A stretch of DNA of 37,931 nucleotides, from assembly GCA_938084645.1 (NCBI GenBank), contig CALKEP010000014.1:1-37931 (forward strand), written 5' to 3'. Source of the stretch: an uncultured Phycisphaerales bacterium (GTDB lineage: Bacteria > Planctomycetota > Phycisphaerae > Phycisphaerales > SM1A02). The notes under the pieces were generated by a model that did not search any database, was not told where the DNA came from, and saw only the letters and a program-made list of their open reading frames with translations. The position numbers and the translations under genes were made by a program. The first letter of the stretch is position 1, and each line of letters begins with the position of its first letter. Shown here one piece after another: positions 18,813 through 26,872 of the stretch.

Positions 18813-20960
18813 TCAATCTTCGTTCAACCTGACCCGGAAGGTCACCCGCCCGATGTGAAACACGTCACCGGGGCTGTAGAGGCTCGGCTCTCCGGGGATC
18901 GCCGCATCGGCGGCGAGATCCACGTAGTCGACCTCGTCCTCGACCTTCTGGTTCGGACGACGGCCTCCAGCACCACCGAATCCACCGGCGTCGCCATCAT
19001 CGTCGGAACCGAATCCGCCGCGCGAACCACCGGTGAAACCACCGCCGGAGCTTGCGAAACCACCTCCGGTGGGATCGGCATTGGGGTTGATCTTCTCCCC
19101 GCCGCGATTGGTGTTCTTGCCGGGCTGCCCGCCGCCCCCACCGGCCGCGAATCCGGTCCCGGTGGGACCGCCGGTCTGACCGCCGCGATCGGTGCCGCGA
19201 TCACTGTTCCGACCAGGGGTCCGGCCCGCGTTCGCGGTGCGGGAACTGGACGTCCCGCCACTCACCTCGTTGTCGCCGCTCTCCGTGACCTTCACGATCT
19301 GGAGATCACCGGGGTTTGAACTGAATGATCCCGGAACGATGACGTACGGCACGCCGTCCCGCGGGCCGGATGCGGCAAGGTCGTTGATGAAGCGACCGAT
19401 CGTGTCGTTGATGAAACCACGTTCGTCGTCGTTGCTGAACGCGACCTTCATCTCGACGTCGAGGAAGCGGCCGTCCTCGGAGGGGGTGTACGCCGCTCCG
19501 AAGTCCTCGAGCAGGACCAGATTCCGCTTTCCGGGCGGGATCGCCTTGATCTTCTCAAGATCGCTTCCGAGGAGTTCGGGCTGGGGACCCGCCGACGCGA
19601 CGGCGTTCATCGCATCGGTCACGAGATGCGGCCACACTTCACGGTCGTCGAGCAGACGCTCGAGATTCGTGGAGGAGAAGCCGATGTTCGCATCCGCCGA
19701 GATCCGGTCGAGCTCGCTCTTGTTCTTCTTGGCGAGTCGCACCACCGAGTCCACTTCGCTGGCACCCGCGATCGACTCCGCCCCCATCGCCGTCTGGGCC
19801 GAGAAGGGCTTGACGAACATCATTCCACTGGCCACGAGGGCGATTCCGGCCGCCGCCACGAACCACTTCGTCTTCGAGGCCCAGGCGAGGTCGCGGACGA
19901 CTTCCGTCGGGGCGAGGTTGACATCGATCTCGGCTTCGCCGATTCCCTGGAGGGCGAGGCCGTAGGCCGTGGCCATGCTGACGCCATGCGACGCGAAATC
20001 GGAGGCCATGCGGCCTTCCACCTGGATCCGGCGAAACTCGTCGAATCGGGCGACGTTCAGATTCAGCTGCTGGCCGAGGAACTTCCGGAGCCCGGGGATC
20101 TTGAAGGTGCTGCCGACACCGAGCACGGTCTCGATCTTCACCCCGCGATTCAGGTTCTCGTAGTGGCTGATCGAGCGCTGCACGTCCTGGAGCAGATCCC
20201 CGAAGACCGGGCGCATCGCCTGCATGATCTGCTTGGCGTACTTGCTGCTCGCGGACTCCTGCTTCAGCTTCTCCGCCTTGGGATACGGAAGCTTGAAGGC
20301 CTCCATGATCGCTTCGGTGAAATCGCTTCCGCCGATCGGGAAGGTCCGGATCCAGCACTTGTCGCCGTCCACGACGACGAGGTCACTGGCCTTGGTCCCG
20401 ATGTCGAGCACCACGAACGGCTTGTTCTGCCCGCCCGCGAGATCGAAGTGCACCGCGTTGAAGATCGCCACCGGCCCCAGCGTGACCGTGCCGGGCTCGA
20501 GGCCGTGCTCGCTCCAGATCGCGAGGCGATGTTCGAGAACGTCCTTCTTGATCGCGAAGATGCCGACCTCGGTCTCCGGGGAGTCGTCGGACACGAATTT
20601 CTTCGCATCCCATTCGACCTCCTCGATCGGAAACGGAATCTGCTGGGCCGCTTCGAACTGGATGATGTCGGGGATCTTCTTCTCTTCGACGGGCGGAAGC
20701 TTCGCGAACCGCGGGAGCGAGGAGCGACCCTCGACGCTCATCACGATCGGATCCTTCTCCAGGTTCTTCTGGCTCGCAAGCGTGCCCAGTGTGAGTCGGA
20801 TCATCTCGTCGACGTCGAGATCCGGCGTGCTCAGCGGACGCTTGTGCGGGAACTCGCCGAAGTCGGAGACCGTGATCTGTTCGCCGGACCGTTCGAGCCG
20901 GATCGCCTTCACGGCGAAAGAACCGACTTCGATGCCCCATGCAGCCTTGCTTCCAGCCAT
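18813..20960 (-). CDS. pilM: type IV pilus assembly protein PilM with C-terminal PilN-like extension
   Basis: AWGIEVGSFAVKAI, RFAKLPP, IQFEAAQQIPFPIEEVEWD, VLDIGT, ATAYGLAL (PilM actin-like fold), then INLLP-like DVNLAP, a TM helix and a periplasmic domain. GAGG SD present. Confidence 0.9.
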   Translation of the reverse strand: MAGSKAAWGIEVGSFAVKAIRLERSGEQITVSDFGEFPHKRPLSTPDLDVDEMIRLTLGTLASQKNLEKDPIVMSVEGRSSLPRFAKLPPVEEKKIPDIIQFEAAQQIPFPIEEVEWDAKKFVSDDSPETEVGIFAIKKDVLEHRLAIWSEHGLEPGTVTLGPVAIFNAVHFDLAGGQNKPFVVLDIGTKASDLVVVDGDKCWIRTFPIGGSDFTEAIMEAFKLPYPKAEKLKQESASSKYAKQIMQAMRPVFGDLLQDVQRSISHYENLNRGVKIETVLGVGSTFKIPGLRKFLGQQLNLNVARFDEFRRIQVEGRMASDFASHGVSMATAYGLALQGIGEAEIDVNLAPTEVVRDLAWASKTKWFVAAAGIALVASGMMFVKPFSAQTAMGAESIAGASEVDSVVRLAKKNKSELDRISADANIGFSSTNLERLLDDREVWPHLVTDAMNAVASAGPQPELLGSDLEKIKAIPPGKRNLVLLEDFGAAYTPSEDGRFLDVEMKVAFSNDDERGFINDTIGRFINDLAASGPRDGVPYVIVPGSFSSNPGDLQIVKVTESGDNEVSGGTSSSRTANAGRTPGRNSDRGTDRGGQTGGPTGTGFAAGGGGGQPGKNTNRGGEKINPNADPTGGGFASSGGGFTGGSRGGFGSDDDGDAGGFGGAGGRRPNQKVEDEVDYVDLAADAAIPGEPSLYSPGDVFHIGRVTFRVRLNED

Positions 20961-21192
20961 GCGCTCGCCTCTCTGGGAAATCCACTGGTGCCGAGCGCCC
21001 GCGACGCGGGCCTCAGGTCGAAACGGAAACTATAGCGGAGCGGAGCCTTCCGGACCGCTGGAACCTCTTCGGGAGTTGGGAAGAAGAGAATCCGACCGAC
21101 GAACCATACGAGTCGAGAATGAACCCCGGTTCCAGTCATTTCTCGGTGTATGCTGGGACGGCGGACATACGGTCCGACCCGGAACGACACGA

Positions 21193-22623
21193 ATGCACAC
21201 CGACGACTCATCACACCCCGATTCCTCCCCCCGCCTGACGCAGGGCGGCGATGCCGCTCCGACCGCCCCGAATGCGGATGCCGCACCGTCGAACGCCGAG
21301 GCCGCGGCGATGGACGCCGAGCTCCGAGCCGCGATCGGCGATGCGACAGCCCCGGAAACGCCGATCTCGAAGTCCGATTCCGCATCGGAATCCGCGACCG
21401 CCACTCCGGCCCCGGCCGAGGACGCGGACAACCTCGCCTCGGAGATCGATGCAGCGCTCGCCGGCATCGATCTCATGGCCCTGGCCGCCGAAGAGACGCC
21501 GGAGATCGGCACTCGGATCAAGCTCGAAGGCGGCCGTCGAACACGCACCGGACACATCGTCTCGATTCGAAACGGGGATGTCCTCGTCGAATTCGGCCCC
21601 AAGAAGCAGGGCGTCTGCCCGCTCTCACAGTTCAAGACCCCGCCCGAGGAAGGTGGCTCGGCAGAGTTCATCGTCGAGCGAATCGACTCCGAAGGGCTCT
21701 ACGTCCTCAGCGTTCCGGGCGTGGTCCAGAAGGCTGACTGGGGGAACCTCGAGGCCGGCCAGACCGTCGAGGGCACCGTGGTCGGCGTCAACAAGGGCGG
21801 CCTCGAGGTCGAAGTCGCCAAGCACACCGGGTTCATGCCGGCCGGCCAGATCGACATTCGCCACATCCCCGACATCTCGGTGATGCTCAACGAGCGGGTG
21901 ACCTGCCGGGTCACCCAGCTCGACCGCAAGCGAGGCCGGCTCGTCCTGAGCCGCCGCGCCGTGATCGAAGAGGAACGGGCGAAGAACCGCGAGACCATTC
22001 TCGCCTCGCTCGAACCCGGCCAGCGACGAACCGTCGTGGTGACCAGCATCCAGCCCTACGGAGTGTTCGCTGATCTCGGCGGGGTCGACGGCCTCATTCA
22101 CGTGAGCGAGATCTCCCATGACCGGGTCCGGGACCCAGGCGATCACGTCAAGCTCGGCGATGAGTTCGAGGTCGTCGTCACCAAGATCGACACCTCCGGA
22201 GATCAGCCCAAGATCGGCCTCAGCCGCAAGGCCGTGGTCGCGGATCCCCGGGCGGGCCTCATGAATTCGCTCGAAACCGGCGCCACGGTCAGCGGCACGG
22301 TGCGGAAGACCACTGATTTCGGTGCGTTCGTCGAGATCGCGGAGGGCGTCGAGGGCCTGCTCCACATCTCGGAAATCAGTCACAAGCGAATCGACCGGGT
22401 CGACACCGTGCTCCAGGTCGGCGAGGTCGTGCAGGTCAAGATCCTCTCGATCGACTCGGACAAGGGACGCGTGAGTCTCTCCAAGAAGGCGCTCGAAGCC
22501 CGACCGGCGGCGTCCGGGCGCGGTGGCCGCGACGGCGGCGGCGACGTCGAACGTCCCGAGGACCCGGAGATGCGAAAGCTTCGTGCGCGTTTCAGCGGCG
22601 ACCTCAAGGGCGGCCTCGGCTGA
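21193..22623 (+). CDS. S1 RNA-binding domain protein (ribosomal protein S1-like, four S1 domains, acidic N-terminal extension)
   Basis: S1 repeats: VEGTVVGVNKGGLEV..GFMPAGQI; IQPYGVFADLGGVDGLIHVSEISH; TDFGAFVEIAEGVEGLLHISEISH; plus a degenerate first repeat. Start set at ATG 21193 because the 20224 track start overlaps pilM antisense. Confidence 0.88.
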   Translation: MHTDDSSHPDSSPRLTQGGDAAPTAPNADAAPSNAEAAAMDAELRAAIGDATAPETPISKSDSASESATATPAPAEDADNLASEIDAALAGIDLMALAAEETPEIGTRIKLEGGRRTRTGHIVSIRNGDVLVEFGPKKQGVCPLSQFKTPPEEGGSAEFIVERIDSEGLYVLSVPGVVQKADWGNLEAGQTVEGTVVGVNKGGLEVEVAKHTGFMPAGQIDIRHIPDISVMLNERVTCRVTQLDRKRGRLVLSRRAVIEEERAKNRETILASLEPGQRRTVVVTSIQPYGVFADLGGVDGLIHVSEISHDRVRDPGDHVKLGDEFEVVVTKIDTSGDQPKIGLSRKAVVADPRAGLMNSLETGATVSGTVRKTTDFGAFVEIAEGVEGLLHISEISHKRIDRVDTVLQVGEVVQVKILSIDSDKGRVSLSKKALEARPAASGRGGRDGGGDVERPEDPEMRKLRARFSGDLKGGLG

Positions 22624-22642
22624 TCCCCGGATCTCATCCTCG

Positions 22643-23602
22643 ATGCTCCAGGTGCATCTCGCCACGCATGGTGATCCGGCTTCCCTGACGCCCGAGGTAC
22701 GGGCCGGACATGACCCCTTCCTCGACGAAATGACCGCGCGGTGCGGCGACCTCGCCGTTCTGACCAGGGGCCCCGTCGATTCCATGCCGCCCGAGTGCGA
22801 AGTCCTCGTCGGCAGCGTGATCGACCCCGAGTCGCTCGCGGCGCGGCCCGCGCTTCGGCACCTGATCGTCCCCTGGGCGGGCATTCCCGCGAAGCTCGAG
22901 TCGAATGTCGCCGCGTCGGGCCGGCAGGACGTGACCATTCACAATCTCCACCACAACGCCGCAAGCGCCGCCGAGACCGCGATCGGCCTGCTTCTCGCCG
23001 CGGCCCGCGGAATCGCTCGGCTCGACCCCCTGCTGCGAGCCGATGACTGGCGACCGCGGTACGAACCCCGCCCGGCCAGGCGGCTGGAAGGCGGCCGGGC
23101 CGCCGTCCTCGGCCGAGGGGCGATCGGCGGACGGGTCGCCAACGTCCTCGAAGGACTGGGAATGACCGTCGATCGAATCGGCCGCCCACCGGGGGGCGGA
23201 CGGTGGGCGACGCCCGAGCTCGCCGACCGGCTCGCCGGGCGGCAGGTGCTGGTGATCGCGATCCCGCTCGGTCCCGACACCGAAGGCCTGGTGAACGACG
23301 CGGTGCTCGACGCCCTGATGGACGGCATCGTCGTGAACGTGGGCCGAGCCCGGCTCGTGGATGAGGACGCGCTCTTCGATCGACTCGCCGACGGCCGGCT
23401 CTTCGCCGCCGGACTCGACGTCTGGTGGCGGGTCCCCACCACCGTCGAAACGCGAGGCGACTGGCCCCCCGCCGATCGCCCGTTCCGGGACCTCGACAAC
23501 GTCGTCATGACGCCGCACGTCGGCGGCGGACTCGGCGAACCCGAGATCGAGATCCACCGCGCGACGGCGCTGGTCGAGGTCCTGCGCCGGATCGCCGACT
23601 AG
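22643..23602 (+). CDS. D-isomer-specific 2-hydroxyacid dehydrogenase family protein
   Basis: NAASAAE, LGRGAIG (GxGxxG), IPLGPDTEGLV, VNVGRA, AGLDVW, VMTPHVGG. ATG 22643 follows the S1 gene stop by 19 nt. Confidence 0.88.
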   Translation: MLQVHLATHGDPASLTPEVRAGHDPFLDEMTARCGDLAVLTRGPVDSMPPECEVLVGSVIDPESLAARPALRHLIVPWAGIPAKLESNVAASGRQDVTIHNLHHNAASAAETAIGLLLAAARGIARLDPLLRADDWRPRYEPRPARRLEGGRAAVLGRGAIGGRVANVLEGLGMTVDRIGRPPGGGRWATPELADRLAGRQVLVIAIPLGPDTEGLVNDAVLDALMDGIVVNVGRARLVDEDALFDRLADGRLFAAGLDVWWRVPTTVETRGDWPPADRPFRDLDNVVMTPHVGGGLGEPEIEIHRATALVEVLRRIAD

Positions 23603-23761
23603 GTCCTGTTTGACGGATCGGCGCCAGACCCGAGAGGTTCGGAGGCGGCCTCCAGCCAGGAGGTCGAAGCAGGCGATTCCCCGGGGAATCGTCGATGCAG
23701 CCCGACGACGCGGGTGGTCGTCTCCGGGCCTCGAAGTCCCGATCGATCCGGCAAACAGGAC

Positions 23762-24418
23762 CTAGACCGAGCGGTCCTCCGCCGCCTCCAGGCGATCGAT
23801 GATCTGCGCGAGCCCCGCAGCGTCCACCAGGGGAACGACGCCTCCATCATCGAGATCACCGGCGTCGATCGCGACCTGGTTCGGCGGACACCGACGAATT
23901 CGGAACGCCGCCCCTTCGAGCACCCCTTCGATCGTCTCGAGCGTGCCGGAACGCGAGCGAACGGAACCGAGTCGAACCGATTCCGCCCCGATCGATTCGA
24001 GTTCCGCGGCGATCGCTCGAATCCCTCGATCGCCATGGTGACGAAGGTGCAAGCGATCCTCCGGATCGATCCGCCCCCTCGCCGCCCGACCCGCGAGCCG
24101 GCTCCCGAGATAGACGTGATGATCGTCCGCGAATCGTTCCTCGTGGAGATCCATCGCTTCCAGGAGGTCGAGCGCGATGCGAAGCCGGTCGGCTCGCCAT
24201 CGCCGAAGACCGGACTCCCCCATCGACGACGACCGCATCGCTTCGAGGTGTCTGCGGACCAGGCCGCGCAACCTCGATGGAACCTCGCGGGCCCGCATCG
24301 CCGCCGCGAGATCGGGATGCCGACCGGCGTGGATCTCGGCGGCGGTCGACCGGGCGAGGTCGTCGTCGAGGATCCGCCGATCGGTTCGATGTCGAGGATG
24401 ACCTTCCGGTCCGGTCAT
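23762..24418 (-). CDS. hypothetical protein, possibly a degenerate nucleotidyltransferase-fold protein
   Basis: Fills the gap downstream of the 24469-25797 gene on the same strand. Natural-looking composition; LAGRAARGRIDPEDRLHLR loosely resembles the GS...DxD region of Pol-beta-type NTases. Confidence 0.55.
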   Translation of the reverse strand: MTGPEGHPRHRTDRRILDDDLARSTAAEIHAGRHPDLAAAMRAREVPSRLRGLVRRHLEAMRSSSMGESGLRRWRADRLRIALDLLEAMDLHEERFADDHHVYLGSRLAGRAARGRIDPEDRLHLRHHGDRGIRAIAAELESIGAESVRLGSVRSRSGTLETIEGVLEGAAFRIRRCPPNQVAIDAGDLDDGGVVPLVDAAGLAQIIDRLEAAEDRSV

Positions 24419-24468
24419 GTTCGTGTTGATTCCGAAGTCCCCGGCGGCCGCGCCGACGAAGGCCGGCC

Positions 24469-25797
24469 TCACTCGGATTCGGGCCCGGGTGTTCCAAGTT
24501 CGTCCAGGCGGAGGGATTCCACCGACCGCCGCAGCAGCAGGTAGATCCGGGCGCCCGACACCATCCCGAAGGCGATCAGCCAGCCCATCGCGAGCAGGGC
24601 CACCATCGACCGCCAGGCATCGAAGATGCCCACCGCGAGCCATCGGGTGCCGGTGGGCACCGACTCGGTGACCGCGGGGACGGCGTCGAGCGAAGGCCAG
24701 GCGGTTCCCGTGGCGGCTCCCGTCGGCCCACCGAAGAAGCCCCCGGCCACGCGAGCGCCTTCGAGGGTCATCGTGGCGACGCCGGAGACCAGGAACCAGC
24801 CGAGCACCCCGGTGACCAGCGCCGTCCCGAGGAGCACGAGAAAACGCCCCGGCCGCATGCGAACCAGGCCGGCGGTGCGGACGACGATCTCCGAAGGATC
24901 GCCCGATTCACACGCCGCGGCGGCCGAGAGGATCGGCAGCGAGACCATCCAGGCCACGACCACCACCGCTGCCGCGAAGGAGAACACCAGCGCCGCGACC
25001 CATCCGATCGCGACGAGCACGTCGAGCGCGGGAACGAGCGCGAGCAACCCGAGCACCACCGCGGGGAGGAGGAGGATGATCGCGAGGACCGGAGGAAGCA
25101 GTGTCGCCCCCCAGAGCCGGCGCACGTCACGGACCGCCCAGCGGACGACCGTGAACGTCGGAACGTCCCGGTCGCGACCGAACCGCTCGGCGTCGAGGCG
25201 AGCGATGACCCCCCCGAACACGGAGATCAGCAGCAGGAACTCCAAGCCGAAGAGAACGAGAAAACCGCGGTCGTGCGTCCAGAGCCGCCCGATGTTGGCG
25301 AAGACCGCTTCGTCCACGCCGGCGACGATCGTCGTCGGTTCGAGACGAACGACACCGGTGGCGAGCTGACCGAGGCCGCCCCGCAGCGCACCCGTGAAAC
25401 TCTCGAACGGACCCCGTCGCCGGAGTCGTTCCACGATCGTCCGAACCTCGGGGTCGGCGGTCGCAAAGGCCGCCTGCACCTCGAATCCATCGACGTCGGA
25501 GGTCTCCCATCCGTGGGGCCGTTCGAACTCCTCCACGTGCTCCCGGAACAGATCGGAAAGCGTCGGATCCGTCGCGATCGCACCGATGGGAGGCATCGAG
25601 GTCGACGACGAGGCATCCCCGAGCGATCCGGAGAGCAGGAGAATCAGCACGACGAGCCCGCCGAGCACGAGTCGCTCCGGCCTCATCGCGGCGAAGACGC
25701 CGGTGGCCACCAATCTCGCGTCCGCGCCGAGCGTCGCGAGCGAGCCGGTCGGAGGCTCCATGAATCGCACGATGTAGTCGTCGGGTTCGTCTTTCAC
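24469..25797 (-). CDS. hypothetical polytopic membrane protein
   Basis: About 6-7 hydrophobic segments; GGAGG SD 4 nt before GTG 25797. Confidence 0.78.
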   Translation of the reverse strand: MKDEPDDYIVRFMEPPTGSLATLGADARLVATGVFAAMRPERLVLGGLVVLILLLSGSLGDASSSTSMPPIGAIATDPTLSDLFREHVEEFERPHGWETSDVDGFEVQAAFATADPEVRTIVERLRRRGPFESFTGALRGGLGQLATGVVRLEPTTIVAGVDEAVFANIGRLWTHDRGFLVLFGLEFLLLISVFGGVIARLDAERFGRDRDVPTFTVVRWAVRDVRRLWGATLLPPVLAIILLLPAVVLGLLALVPALDVLVAIGWVAALVFSFAAAVVVVAWMVSLPILSAAAACESGDPSEIVVRTAGLVRMRPGRFLVLLGTALVTGVLGWFLVSGVATMTLEGARVAGGFFGGPTGAATGTAWPSLDAVPAVTESVPTGTRWLAVGIFDAWRSMVALLAMGWLIAFGMVSGARIYLLLRRSVESLRLDELGTPGPESE

Positions 25798-25817
25798 GGG
25801 ACCTCCGTGCGGTCATG

Positions 25818-26468
25818 CTACCGAGGCCGGCCCTCGTTTCCGAATCCGAGCGCCTCCGCCGCCCCGATCCGGGGCGTCCCGACCTCGCGAAGGGCCGAGG
25901 CGGCGTCATCGAGAATCCATCCCCGAAGCCGATCGTCGCCCCCACCCGACATCCGGGCGGACTCCGCGGCGTGGAGCATGTTGGCGGCGTAGTCGATCGC
26001 CTCGACGTCGGGATGGCCCAGTTCGAGAAACACGTGGATCGCCCAGGGTCGGCTCGTGGCATTGTCGGGCTGGGTGTGCTCCAGATGCCATTCGACCGCC
26101 GCCCGGAGGCGAGCCGTGAGCCGGCCGCGCGCTTCGGCCTCGGCTCCCCGGTCGCCATCGAGCACGACGCGCCAAGCCGCGTGCATCACCGAGAGTTCGC
26201 ATTCGGTCCAGACCTCGATCGCAAGGTCGTCCCGCGGCTGCAGCATGGGACCGATGGACGTCTCATCCGGGCGAAGGCCTTGCAGCTCGAGCAGCCGCGC
26301 GGCCGCGGCCCCGGTGCGAACCAGCTCCCACGCCGCGACGGCGGGATCGTCGGCAGCGAATCCGTGCTGGGGCGGATGGTCCAGAGGCGCCGAGCCCTCG
26401 GCCCTCGCCCCGTGCTCGAACAGGCTCACCCATGATGCGCGGGTCGTGAGGTCCGGTCGTGTGGGCAC
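25818..26468 (-). CDS. hypothetical protein (helical, with HTQPDNATSRPWAIH motif)
   Basis: AAGGA SD before GTG 26468. Globular-looking sequence AIEVWTECELSVMHAAW...WHLEHTQPDNAT. The track extension to 26699 is Arg-rich shadow sequence. Confidence 0.7.
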   Translation of the reverse strand: MPTRPDLTTRASWVSLFEHGARAEGSAPLDHPPQHGFAADDPAVAAWELVRTGAAAARLLELQGLRPDETSIGPMLQPRDDLAIEVWTECELSVMHAAWRVVLDGDRGAEAEARGRLTARLRAAVEWHLEHTQPDNATSRPWAIHVFLELGHPDVEAIDYAANMLHAAESARMSGGGDDRLRGWILDDAASALREVGTPRIGAAEALGFGNEGRPR

Positions 26469-26509
26469 GGTGTCTTTTCCTTGGATTCGAGACGATCGAC
26501 CATTAGTGT

Positions 26510-26827
26510 ATGGATGTGGAGCGCGGAGACCAATCTCGAGAAGATTCGACGAACGCGATCCGGTGTCGGACGTGCGGTTGCGTCCAGACCGCCATCGACG
26601 ATTGCCACCTCGCCGCCCCGCGTGCCCCCCGATCCACCTCGTGTGAAATCTGCGGCGCCTCGCTCGGCCAGCGATCTCGCGTGGTGGTCCTCGAGGCACC
26701 CGAGCCTTCGCCGGTCGAGTCGCACTGGGCGCGATGGCTCGAACAGCGAAGGCTCGAACGATGGATCTGGTTCGGCTTCCTCACCGGCCTCGCGTTCGCG
26801 CTCACCGCCATGGTCCTGCCCTTCTGA
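26510..26827 (+). CDS. small zinc-ribbon protein with C-terminal TM anchor
   Basis: CRTC...CEIC Cys pairs and C-terminal WIWFGFLTGLAFALTAMVLPF. Start is ATG 26510 or GTG 26516. Confidence 0.62.
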   Translation: MDVERGDQSREDSTNAIRCRTCGCVQTAIDDCHLAAPRAPRSTSCEICGASLGQRSRVVVLEAPEPSPVESHWARWLEQRRLERWIWFGFLTGLAFALTAMVLPF

Positions 26828-26860
26828 GCGGTCGACCGGAGATCGGCGGAACCGACCGGT

Positions 26861-26872
26861 TATCGTGTCGGC
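26861..26872 (+). promoter_or_regulatory. putative -10 element for a leaderless dipeptidase transcript
   Basis: TATCGT-GTCGGC-ATG (6-nt gap), with no SD. Confidence 0.5.

Noticed and set aside
20224..21192. N-terminal extension of the 799-aa S1 ORF
   Set aside because: Lies antisense to pilM and across the divergent promoter region; not protein-like.
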